A DNA stretch of 64,000 nt, taken from Mytilus californianus (Eukaryota). The translations under genes were made by a program, and so were the position numbers. The notes under the pieces are model-generated. The model saw only the letters and a program-made list of their open reading frames with translations. It was not told the DNA's origin and searched no databases. Positions within the stretch are counted from its first letter, which is position 1; each line of letters opens with the position of its first letter. Shown piece by piece: positions 22,820 through 35,130 of this stretch. The stretch is taken from NCBI RefSeq assembly GCF_021869535.1, contig NW_026262734.1:52638001-52702000 (forward strand), read 5' to 3'.

Positions 22820-24247
22820 TTGAAAAAAGTTAAAAGTCCAATTAACGGAATGTTGGAAAGGGGCATACATTATGCCAAACAAGAATCAGGTTGAACCCTA
22901 TATAGTAAGGAAACAGAAGCAACAGTAGTATACCGCTGTTAAAAAGTCATATATCGATTGAAAGGAAACACAACAACTATAAGAGGAAAACAACTGAACA
23001 ATGGAACGCTTGTTTCATTCCCCATTTATCGTAACAATAGAAAAATGCCAAAACAAACACGCAAATGTTAATATATAAGGAAATAATATACAACGTATGC
23101 ACTTATATTGTGTTTGTTTTGTGTGACTTTGTTACATATTTGTTTGTTTTATAGTGATTGAGATTATAACACAATATTGACTGCTGTGTTTCAATTTTTT
23201 TTTTAATTTTTTCCTATTATATCTGCTTATTTTGTTCACACATTATTGTCAATATAATGGAATTTAATGCGACTGTCATACAAGTGATAGGTTTAGCTAG
23301 CTATAAAAAACACTTGTTATCCATTCGATCGTTTGAAGTGTTTGAACTTTTGATTTTGCCATTTGATTAAGGATTTTCCGTTTTAAATTTTCTTCGAAGT
23401 TTGGTATTTTTGTTATTTTACTTTTTCCAGTATATTAATTTTCGCTGAAACCAAATTTTTCATGTTTTTGACAAGTTAGAATTAGACTCTAATGTCGTCT
23501 GATTTTTAACTGAAGAGATGATCGGAAATTGTAAAGAATTGTACCTTGTTTGCCTTGTTTTTGTATCCTATTGTGGACCCCCGATAATTTTAAGTAGTGT
23601 ATCTCATTAGTCATGCGGGTTGCCCGGAAGTTTTTAGTTAATAGAAGCTCAACTTTAATATCTTCACCGGGTTGATAAGGTCTGTGTAAAATAAATAAAC
23701 AAACGCGATATTTTTAAATGAGATCGTCCCAGGTATATAAGGTTATTATTTTGCGTTGCATAACACATATACATATATGATTATATATTTTCAGTATCTT
23801 ATCTTTCGAACTACGAAGACAATCTTTGTTATGCACATTGTGATGATTTCTTTTCACTACATGTGTAACACACATAACTCGTCATGGAAATCATAACTTA
23901 GATATAAACGTCACGATAGGTAAATTTCAATGATCAGACAATTATTACAAGTATCCTATAGGTAAGATCACGAGAACATGTAAATCCAGAGTTGTATAAA
24001 ATTAACAGATGGTTTAATTGGTCTGTAAAATGTATCGTATAACCATACATTGAGCAGTTTTGTTGTGCCAGAATATTGTCAAACAATTAAATGACCTAAT
24101 AGCAAGTTTTCAATTGCATATTTATTGAATGTTTTGAATAAGGTTACCATTTAGGGAAACTTTTTAAAAAGTCCTATGAGTACACATTTTATTTACATTT
24201 CTCAAATATTTTGTATTTCTATTTTATTTCCTTAGTTTTCATTCCAG

Positions 24248-25017
24248 ACCAAATACAGAAAATGACAGATAATTGGAAATTTGAAGACAGTACATTTGTG
24301 GACACAAGAGCATGCACTCATTTAATCAATTGCATAAAAGAAAAGAGCTGCATAAGGATAACAGGCACTCGAAGGATTGGAAAAACCTTCCTTGCTAGAC
24401 ACATTGCGCTAAATTTACAAACACAAGGTTACAGAATTATTCCTGTTATAAAACCAACAGACATAACGTATCATTATCAACCTGGGACACCCACTGTTTT
24501 TCTAATAGATGATTTATGTGGAAAATATACTGCTAGTTATCCGCAGATTGAGGATTGGCTTCAAATGGTACCAGTTATCAACGCGATCATGAAAAATAAT
24601 CGTTATAAAACAATTACAACATGTGGACAACAAGTATATGAAGATGATCGATTTCAATTATTAGAGCCTTTTGTAATATGCGAATGCAATTTGGATTCAC
24701 CAAATATGACTCTTACAACTTTAGAAAAAAACAACATCGATGAAAAGACCATAGCTGAAGATGAATCGGACAGGAAATTATCATTATATGATAAATTACA
24801 GCGTTTAAAAGACGAAGGAGCAATTGTATTATTTTTTGTTTTTCTGTTAGTTGTGATTTTTGTGATTTTCATTATTCTTCACCTTGTTTCGTTTGTTTTT
24901 TCTCTATTGTTTGTTTTAATTTTTTATAAAGAATGGTTTGTTTTTTGTTTCTGCTTTGGGATTTCGTTTTACTTTGGATGGATACTGATTTATCATATAA
25001 TTGTGAAATTTGGTTGA
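24248..25017 (+). CDS. Orphan exon: truncated nSTAND3-type P-loop NTPase with a hydrophobic C-terminal tail (possible pseudogene or membrane-anchored variant)
   Basis: TTCCAG|AC-CAA acceptor at the same position and phase as the 55898 exon. Aligns end to end with it (DQI..W..D..FV.TRA; HIAL; GY.IIP; FLIDD.CG; TC..QVY.DD.F..LEPF...ECNL). Walker A is GTRRIGKT, sensor TCG instead of TCR. Homology stops near 24730, followed by an acidic linker and about 60 hydrophobic residues. Confidence 0.8.
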
Positions 25018-26199
25018 TATTTACCTTACTAGTATATACATATGCAAAATGTGGTGTACATAGAGTCAGTGCCAATTCAATTTGAACGGTATATGTATAC
25101 AATGGATCATAATATACCGTTTTACTGTTTGTGTTAAAGGGATTAGCCTTTATGGCATCAACAATCAAAAATAACTCTCATTTTTTTTCTGACAGTTTAA
25201 AAATATATTGATTTATTTGTTTTATATCATTTCAGAATAATGATTAAATAATCCTTTATAGTGAAATGTGTCTGTTAGTCTATTGTTTTATGTGATTTGA
25301 CATTGTCTGCTAAGTTATACATTAATACACATTGACACTGTTTAGTGAATCTACAAATGTTTTGTGTTAACAATCTAGTAAGTTATTTTCTAGTATTTGT
25401 TTCAGTTGTTCAAAATGCATATACAAATTTCATGGCAAAGACTTTTATTGTTTAAGTAACCAACTAATCTTTTTGTTCTTCAATTTTACAGATTAATTTA
25501 TTGATATTGTATAAGTGGTGTTAGGAACACTGCTCAACCATCTGCTGAAAATTTTAATGTATTTTCTTCTTAATTTAAAATCTATAGGTCTTTAGTGTAG
25601 GTAAAATCTTACTTTTAAAACTGTTACAATACAATTAAGAAATCGTGCAATAATTCACGTTTTAGTTTGTTAAAGATAATTGTCGCTTTTGTATGTTAAA
25701 ATAGATTTGTTATTCTAAAAGTATATGACGTAGTTGGCGGGATCAACAATAATTCAACGTGAGCAAAATCCTTTGCTTACATGTTTTTCACGCCCTATAT
25801 AACTTACGGTCTTCTAAACTTTGAGGAAGCTTCATCTGAGAACATTTATCTATTTACAGTATATGACCGGATAAGGATGTTCGCTGATCTTTTTTTTTTT
25901 ATAGCTTTTTGTCAGATTTCATCCATGTATTGCGAGTACAATTTTTGCCTTCTAAAACCTACAATTTTTTCCTAATTTTATTACATATAGTTGAAAAGGC
26001 CATTTTTCATAAACTTAACAAAATTCTTTTTATTTTATTATTTCATTCTTTTAGAAAGAATATATGCCTCAAAATGACCGCTAAATGCATGAAAAATCAA
26101 AAAGAATCATTTCAACAAAATTACTTAAATCTTAAAAAAGAACATGACCTTTAAATTTTTCTTCTTTCTGAGTTCCGTGATTTATATACTTTTATTATT

Positions 26200-27221
26200 G
26201 TTTCTTGTTTCTTTATTACTATGAGGCTGACTTAAGACAGGAACTTCTTAGGAAGAGAGATAAGAAGTTAGCAATATCCTTTAACTTTACGTTCCGCTAT
26301 ATAGATAATGTTCTCTCACTAAATAATACAAAATTTGGTGACTATGTTGAACGAATCTATCCCATCGAACTAAAGATGAAGAATTCTACAGATACAGTTA
26401 AATCTGCCTCATATCTTGACTTACATCTAGAAATTGACAATGAGGGTCGGTTGAAAACAAAACTTTACGAAAAAAGAGATGATTTCAGTATCCCAACTGT
26501 GAACTTTCCATTTCTATGTAGCAACATTCCAGCAGCGCCTTCATACGGAGTATATATCTCCCAATGATACAATATTCCCGGGCTTGTATTTCCTATCATG
26601 ATTTCCTTGATAGAGGTGTGCTCCTCACAAGGAAGCTATTAAACCAAGAGTTCCAAATGGTGAAGTTGAAATCATCCCTTCGAAAATTTTCCTTCGTTTT
26701 CCTATCGAAGGTCGGTGGTTTTCTCCGGGCACTCCGGCTTCCTCCACCAATAAAAACGGGCCGCCACGAAATAGCCCAAATGCGGTGCTTAAAAGTGGCG
26801 TTAAAACACCAAAAATCAAAATTAAATCCCTTCGTAAATTTTACGGACGCCATCACGAGTTGGTTGACCGTTATGAAATAACCGTTTCACAGATGATATC
26901 GGATATGTTCCTTATGTCGTAACTACAATACCCTTCCCTTTTCACGAATATGACCTACCAAATTAGACTATTTACCGGATTTGTAATAACATAAGCAACA
27001 CGACGGGTGCCACATGTTGAGCAGGATCTGCTTACCCTTCCGGAGCACCTGAGATCACCCCCAGTTTTTGGTAGGGTTCGTGTTGCTTAGCCTTTAGTTT
27101 TCTGTTGTGTCATCTGTACTATCATGTGTCTGCTTGTCTTTTTATTTTTGGCCATGGCGTTGTAAGTTCGTTTTCGATCTATGAGTTTGACTGTCCCTCT
27201 GGTATCTTTCGTCCCTCTTTT
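26200..27221 (+). mobile_element. 5'-truncated Penelope-like retroelement (RT C-terminal half, inactivated)
   Basis: ORFs 26205-26567 and 26564 onward give FRYIDNVLSLNN (YIDD changed to YIDN), SASYLDLHLEID, KLYEKRDDF, NFPFLCSNIP and YGVYISQ. There is a frameshift at about 26565, then ...LKSSLRKF/YGRHHELVDRY and the typical 3' tail. Confidence 0.85.
26691..26825 (+). mobile_element. 5'-truncated SINE (V-domain-like) inserted in the RT with a 17-bp TSD
   Basis: Insert GGTCGGTGGTTTTCTCCGGGCACTCCGGCTTCCTCCACCAATAAAA...AAAGTGGCGTTAAAACACC. It is flanked by ATCCCTTCGAAAATTTT (26674-26690) and ATCCCTTCGTAAATTTT (26826-26842). Removing the insert restores the RT frame. Confidence 0.85.
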
Positions 27222-29239
27222 AGCATGATTATTTCAAAATTGTATTTCAAAAAGCTTGTTTTTTTGAAACAGAAACAGCGAGCATGCGTCACCAAAAAAG
27301 ATTAAGTTCGATAAGACCCTGAAACGGCCCTTATTACTTGCTACAATTGCAAATTAATTGATTGACCAATACCACAATGAATCATAGCTAATACGTAACA
27401 ATGACCAAATGGAAAATATGTCATTTATTGGATAAAAACGTACTTGTGTTCTTTACACATGATACATGACGTCACAAATAGCATTCATTTTGAATTTTCA
27501 CAAAAATTCAATGATAACGGGTAAATTGACATTGATTTTTCAAACAAGAAACAAAGAGCGCATGTGTCGACAAAAATATCTTGAAACAAACTTTTTTATG
27601 ATTTTACATATCTACCTTGAATAACAAGTGTTTCTTCGCCTATTTTGGACTTAAAAATCAACGCTTGAAAATTAAAACTTTGACCAAAACAGTTCCATTC
27701 AACTTTTTTTACATATTGTTTAATCAGCTTTAAAGCATTTTGTATCTGGAAACATGGACCTTAATAGTCGGAGCCAAGTATTACAAAAACTAACAATATT
27801 TTATTGTTCTACTTTTCTTGTATATATAAATATTACTTTTGCAATTAAATTGATTTGACAAGTTTTCATCCTTTATTTTGGATGTGTTAAAATATAATTC
27901 CATTTGTATTTTGTTACTCTGTATTTTTTCTTGTAAATGTAATAGAAAAAAGGTTTATTTTACAGTGAATAAAAAATCTAAATCTATGTCAGAACACATG
28001 CACATAGGGTAAGCTGGCAATGATTAAAGTCTTGTTTTCAAATTCTTTAAAAAACTGAAACAGGGGTAGGGGTATAAAATGTACTGTAAAAGGAAACTTA
28101 GAGTATATGCAGTGATTTCCTTACGGCTATAATTGTGATAAATAAGTATTGTTGTGAGAAAAAGTGTTTTTAGAAGGTTTTCTATTTGAATAAATGTTTG
28201 TATAGGTTGCACTTTGTAAATACAGCTGTTTCTCAAACCACGCCTCTTTTGGGGAGATATATAATATTCATAGATATGTTAATTTGTTAATGTACTGGTT
28301 CCCATGTATGATCTCTGTGTTTCATCTCATAGAAACATCACTTGGGAATGTAACCAGTATAAAAAAACATGGTAGCGCCTAAATTTTAATTCTTAGGAGG
28401 TCCAAATATGAAGGTAAGGGTAGTATAGAATTTTAGTATAAGTTTAAACTCTTAGAAGTTCAGGGCATATAAATGTTGAAAATATGCCGCATAACCCTAT
28501 ATTTTGACCTTTGAATAAAATAGTAGTGCATATAAACTTTCCGTTCTGGGATATTATTTTTCACGAAACTTCATAGTAAAAGTGTCACAGTTTTAGCCGT
28601 TAAGGGAGTTCCTATGGGAAATTTCATTGTCTATATTTACGGAATTGCAACCTATAGATAATATAATTGGCATATCGGTTTTCCCATACAAAAATGAAAT
28701 TGCGAATATAACGTCATTGAGAGAGCAACATAACGACACAGATAAACAAAATATTTCGCAATACACATTCTTCCCAAAATTCAATAAAGATACCAGGCTT
28801 TTAACGACAAACGCGCGTTTCGTCTACATATTGGTGCCCGATTCAAATCAGTTAAAAGACCAAATCAAATGATAAGCTGAAGACCATTCAAACTAAAAAA
28901 AATCCGCAAAGTTGTAGCCACTGACAGTTAGGAAAATAATTCATCAATACACCATGCTATGAATTAGTAAAAAACTAAAAAAAGGAAATCAGGCTGTGGA
29001 GGTATCCAAATATTTCAAATTGAGACGACTGTCTTGATTCAGGCACCAATGATGACTAGTGCAGCTGTAGATGATACACGCATATTGCCTATTATACAAT
29101 GAGTCTGATATATCATAAGTATGATATAAAGATTTAGAGATGTGATATGATTGCCAGTGAGACAACAATTTACCGGTGTTAAAATCTTTGTTTTAAAAAA
29201 GACATTGTTCATCATGTCGAAAACGATATTTCAAATCCT

Positions 29240-29600
29240 AATAGAATTGAGAATGGAAACGGGGAACATGTAAAGTCACAAAAAATCCGACCAAGAGCAG
29301 AAAACAGCCAAAGGCCATCAATGGATAATCAACACAGCGAAAAAATCCCGAACCCGTAGGTGTGCTTCAGCTGTCTCCCCAACATAATTGTATACTAGTT
29401 CAGTGGAATTGATTTCACACTAAACGATACATATAAATAAACTAACATTGAAAAAGCATGCAAGAGGCTCCTGACTTGGGACAGACGCAAAAAAACCAAA
29501 AAAAAAAACGTTTAAACATATTTGTCATATCTCAACCCTCCCCCTATACATCTAGCCAATATACAATAAACATACACACGGTAAATACAGCAAAATGTAC
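29240..29600 (+). repeat. High-copy interspersed repeat (AATTGAGAATGGAAATGGGG...CAGCTGGCCCCTAA family)
   Basis: Near-colinear copies at about 31615-31840 and 47340-47700. A second family (TTGTCAATATAATGGAATT...CTATAAAA) lies at about 23230-23430 and 31845-32100. Confidence 0.85.
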
Positions 29601-29739
29601 AATTTACAACTTACCATACCATTCAACTTAAAGCGACAAACAAAAATCATAAATATTTCTAAGTTTTTGTAAAGTTCAACATGACAAAATATTGAAAGCC
29701 GTTTTAATTTGCAGTATAATATTATGGTATATATTTATT

Positions 29740-30415
29740 TCTACGGAGTTTTATTTTCTGTTTTTTGACATTTGAAAAGATAATGAAATTCATCTGCTAC
29801 TCCATTTCCACAGAGATGACAAATTCGCTCATTTTTTGGTATTATAGACCATCTTCATGTTTTTATCGGAAATTTGAAATTTGAGCATCTGAGTTTTGCT
29901 GTATATAAATTCTGTCACACGACTTAACTTTATTAAATATGTTTTCAAACGAAAGTCCTGTTTGTATTATAAATAAAGTGCACCTCTTGAAGAGATATTC
30001 ATTTGGGAAAACCAATATTAGATAAATTGATCATTAAGTTGTCGTTAAATTATGTTTTTAAACCCTGTTTATCCAATGGAAGTTGATCTTGTCAATTAAA
30101 ACTAAACCCGTTTTCGTTAATGTGTAATACATAATGTAAGATAACTTGTTGTTCTTCAATAGTAAACTTTTCCAAAACAACACCATTTTACGTTTAACAA
30201 TAGTTTCCAAAGGGTATATTCCAAGTTCCCCATGCACAATATAATTTGGTGTACTGCTTCTTAATTTTTAAATGTGTTTGCAAAATTGAAGGTGTATTTT
30301 CTCAATGCTATCTTTACTATTTAATCCCCATACATATGAAACATCTAATCAATGATAATAATACAGGACTAACTAATGAGTCAAAACTTTTTAGCTGCAA
30401 ATCGACGGGAATACA
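29740..30415 (-). mobile_element. Decayed non-LTR retrotransposon (LINE) ORF2 3' end, RTE-X/CR1-like
   Basis: Minus-strand translation, with stops and shifts: DSIEKIHLQFCKHILKLRSSTPNYIVHGELGIYPLETIVKRKMVLFW (RT thumb region) ... KLRCSNFKFPIKT*RW..IPKNERICHLCGNGVADEFHYLFKC (C-terminal CCHC-type zinc finger). Confidence 0.8.
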
Positions 30416-33400
30416 TATAGTTTAATAATTGTCTCCTACAGTTATCAACACAACGTATTGGAACTGTATATAGAACGTTTACACACTAAATTAAATGTTT
30501 TACATAGACAATTTCCAATATTAATAAATGTTGTTTTTTTTTTTTATTTTTGAACTATGTTTTAATTTTGTGTTGTAAATTCTTATTTCTTTTTTCAATT
30601 CGGTTGATTCCTGAAGGATTTATCACATTTTGCATAATTTCAATAGGTTATTTGAGTTACGGACACTACACACATTTTTTTACAGTGATCTTATGTTTAT
30701 AATTTACTCAATATGAATAACTTTTCATGGGTAACATATCAAGTCTGTGTATTTTCTTTTTATTGTTTACATTTTTAAGAGCAGAAATACCAATGATTAT
30801 GAATAAATATATGTAATAAAAGTTGATTCCAAAGTAAACAGGTTAGGGGAGGTTTGGGCGCCCACAAAGCATGTTTAACCCCACCACATTCTATATGTGC
30901 CTGTCCCAAGTCAGGAGCCTGTAATCCAGTGGTTGTCGTTTGTTGCTGTGTTGCATATTTGTTTTTCGTTCATTATTTTGTACATAAATTAGGCCGTTAG
31001 TTTTCGCGATTGAATTGTTTTACATTTGTCATTCGGGGCCTTTTATAGCTGACTATGCGGTTTGGGCTTTGCTCATTGTTTAAGACCATACGGTGACCTA
31101 TAGTTCTTAATTTCTGTGCCATTTTGGTCTCTTGTAAAAAGTTGTCTCATTGGCAATCATACCACATCTTCTTTTTTATATTTTTGTGGATTAAAGGGTA
31201 GTCATTTCTACAGAAGTTCATAAAATAAATGTTTTTCTATCATAAGACTCTACCAGAATTGTAGATAAAACAAACAAAAAACATGCTTTACCTTCAAATA
31301 TACTTGAGTTCATTAATTAAACTTTTAAGTGTATTTTATAAAATGTCATATACTAATGTCAAGTATCGATCTTTAACAAATCTACACGCTAGTATACATG
31401 GTAAACATCTTTTGGAGGAAGAAAAAACATGAGATTTGGAAAAATGAAAAAGTTATTTAATTTTTTGACCCAGAAATAAAAAAATCCTTGGGTTACGGAC
31501 ACTACAAAAATAATCTGAAGATATAAAAACCATAAATAATCATGAAGATGAATTTTCTTAATCTAGAAATCTTGAGAAGAAGATAAAACTGCATGCCTTA
31601 TCTTTTGATTATGTCTAATAAAATTGAGAATGGAAATGGGGAATGTGTCAAAGAGACAACAACCCGACCACAGAACAGACAACAGCAGAAGGCCACCAAC
31701 AGGTCTTCAATGCAGCGAGAAATTCCCGCACCCGGAGGCGTCCTTCAGCTGGCCCCTAAACAAATATATATACTAGTTCAGTGATAATGAACGCCATACT
31801 AAACTCCAAATTGTACACAAGAAACTAAAACTAAAAAATGTCTGTTTGTTTTGTTTACACATCGTTGTCAATATAATGGAATTTTATGCGACTGTCATAC
31901 AAGTGGGAGGTTTAGCTAGCTATAAAATCAGGTTTAATCCACCATTTTCTACATAGGAAAATGCCTGTACCAAGTCAGGAGTATGACAGTTGTTATCCAT
32001 TCGTTTAATGTGTTTGAGCTTTTGATTTTGTCATTTGCTTAGGGAATTTTCCGTTTAGAATTTTCCTCGGAGTTCGGTATTTTTGTTATTTTACCTTTTG
32101 ACATACATGTTTAATGAATAATCTTACAATTAGTTTTATTTTCAGGACCATAAATGATCAACATTTAATAAATGAAAAATGTTTAACGAAGCACCACTTT
32201 TACAATTCTGCATGTTAAATCTTTAAATTAGCTCAGATTTTTGTAATGTTGAAATCATTTTAATCTCCTTTCAATAATCTGTAAATGATAACATGAGAAA
32301 TGATCATTACACGTACTGTTAAAAAAATTTTTTTAAAGATAAAAATAATGAAAAGTTTGAAGCGCAACCGCATAACGTCTGAAAATGGTCATTTTCAGAC
32401 GACTGATCTCACCAGTGTTCAAAAAGTATTCAAGATAGAATCTCAAAATTTTGGATGAGGTTAAGACATTCAATGTCAAATATTAAAAACAGAAAACTGG
32501 CATCTTAATGTATTCAAGTTGGCTGTAGAGCTTACATAACAAAGACCAATTGTAAATGTCCCCGTTATTGTAGTTCACCCGATAGTAAAAAATGTCTATC
32601 CACTTCTAATTATAAAGAAAATAGCACGTTTTACAGACGTATGAAGAAAGCGACAAGGTTTATTTACCGAAACAAAAAGAACGTTGCTGCATTATCAATC
32701 TAGATCAAAATAGTTCGAAGAAGTGAAAACAATTTACTGCTTTATGATCACTTACGTTTTTGAAAATTTTTTAAATACCAGAAACATATGTCGCAATCAT
32801 ATGTTTATATAACATTTATTATTATCAGTAATTTCATATTTTGTTTTACATCTTGTACATTGTTGTAGTTCATGAATACTTTTAATTTGTTTTTAATGTA
32901 TTGCGTAAAGTACAAACAACAAACGTCGGATACAAAAAGATGCAATTTTCTTATTATCGACATATCTTATACGAAGGCATATAAGCAGGGTTTCTTTATC
33001 GGATGTCCTTATGTGTAAATTTGTACTCACGATTGGTGTAAGAGTCATGGACTGTATTGGACAGCAAAGTTAGCAAATAATATCTGTTCCATTAAAAGAC
33101 CAAATGAAAGAAAGACACTGTGACAAGACGTTACAGTCAACTGTAAAAGAGAAGCGAAAGATACCACCGGGATATTCAAACGCAGAAGTCAAAAACAAAT
33201 TAGTTTAACCTCGCCACACTCTGTACCTGTCCCTAGTCAGGAGTCTGTAATTTAGGGGTTGTCGTTTGTTACTCTCTATATAGTATTTGTTTTTCGTTTA
33301 TTATTTTGTGCTTAAATCAGGCGCTTATTTTTTCTCGATTGAATTACTTTACATATGTCATTTTGGGGTCTTTTATACAGTGTTGTAGCTGACTATGCGT

Positions 33401-34259
33401 TTTGCTAATTGTCGAAGGCCGTACGGCGACCTATAGTTTTTTTTATTTCTATGTCATTTGGTATACTGTGGAAAGTTGTCTCACTTGCAATTATACCACA
33501 TCTTCTCATTTTTATATTGACAATGACAAAGAGAATACAAAACACAACATATAAAACTAAAGACTAAGCAACACGAACCTCGCAAAAAACCAAGGTGATC
33601 TCAGGTGCTCCCAAAGGGTAACAAATCCTACTACAATTGTGGCACTCATTTTGTTGCTCATGTAAATGCACTTCCAGTGATAAAGATAATTCGGTAGGTC
33701 ACATTTGAGGAAAATAAGACGGAATGGTGGGTTACAACAGATATTCCATAACGGTTACCAAATTGTGAATGGCGTAAAATAGCTTCAAAGTTATCAGCAA
33801 CCGTCTGTTATTCATTGTTTTCTGTTTGGTAACAAATTAATGATAAGATCTATTTTGTTACATCTTGTGATCCGTTTATTTGGCAATCGCCAATGGCAGT
33901 CAGCAGGGTTTAAGAACAACAGTTGTTCGACCTGCTAGTCAAATGCGTTTTGTTAAAATATACTTTTTCACTCAAATGGTCTTTTGGAAAATGTTGTTCG
34001 TGCTGTATTTAGACCCCTCTACCAAGAAATTTGTTTTGCATTCACACGTATAAAAATTGCGGTTTTTATCCAACGCAATCATAGGTTTGAACGTTGTTTT
34101 CAATTTAGACTTGTTTATATTTTTTCGTTTGGGCATGTATTATATTTGCCTTCAGGTTTATATGATCCGTTCATCCTATTTTGACTCTTTACAAATTCAA
34201 AGGTCTATCCTAAATTGGGGTAACTTATATGGTCTTCTAAAAACCGTTTCGATTCCTAA

Positions 34260-34301
34260 CATCACTGAAGAGACATTAATTGTTGAAATCCGGATATGGT
34301 G
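34260..34301 (+). ncRNA. Minimal type I hammerhead ribozyme, core intact
   Basis: CATCA-CTGAAGA-GACA TTAAT TGTT-GAAA-T CCGG A-TA-TGGTG. CUGANGA and GAAA core present, stem II 4 bp (one G-U), 2-bp stem III with palindromic CCGG loop, AUA cleavage triplet, 5-bp stem I. A degenerate relative lies near 53845. Confidence 0.75.
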
Positions 34302-34504
34302 TACAAAATTTTGCACCTCATGTTTGCGGTATACCGTCTTTTCCGCAAGTTTATTGCTTTCTGTTTGGTAATAAATTAATGATAAGATCTATTTTGTTAC
34401 ATCTTGTGATCCGTTTATTTGGCAATCGCCAATGTTAGTCAGCAGGGTTTAAGAACATCAGTTGTTCGACCTGCTAGTCAAACAAGTCTGTATAGATATA
34501 ATGA

Positions 34505-35130
34505 AAAAAAACAAGAGTGGACACACTGAAACGTCTCGCCTGTTCTTGTGTTCATAATTGAATTTATGTCGAAAGTAAAAAAAGGGAAGTTTATACCCCA
34601 AGCATAACATTAAATTAACATCATATTAAATTAACATTAAAGGTTCAGTGTACATGATGTCAAGTAGAGATAAACCCTTTCAGACAGCCATGTAGGCCAT
34701 GCAATCATTGCGAACAACAAATTTAACCAATAGCTAAAAGCAAACAAACATTATACGACAGACGCGCCTTCTAATCATTTTATTATTTTATACATAAAAT
34801 ACAGTTCTACTATACCTTTACTATCGTATCTGAAAAACAGACCAAATCTGAGATATTTAACATTGACCAATAAACCAGGAAAATCAGGTCAAGGTCAGAT
34901 GATACATTCCAGACAAATATCTATACCTTACAATCATTCAATAAACCAAATATAGTTCACTTATTCCTTATAGTATCTGAAAAACAGACCAAACAAGAAT
35001 TGAATAACACGGACCAATGAACCATGAAAATAAGATCATCATGATCATGGTCAGGTGATTACTGCCAGACAGACAAGTACACCTTACAAACATTCCATAC
35101 ATCATATATATTTAATTAATTGCTTATAGT
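34505..35130 (-). mobile_element. HINE-like MITE with tandem cores (partial)
   Basis: AAAACAAGAG end and repeated TATAGTATCTGA..ACAGACC / GGTCAAGGTCAGATGA cores. A related block lies at about 36895-37230. Confidence 0.55.
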
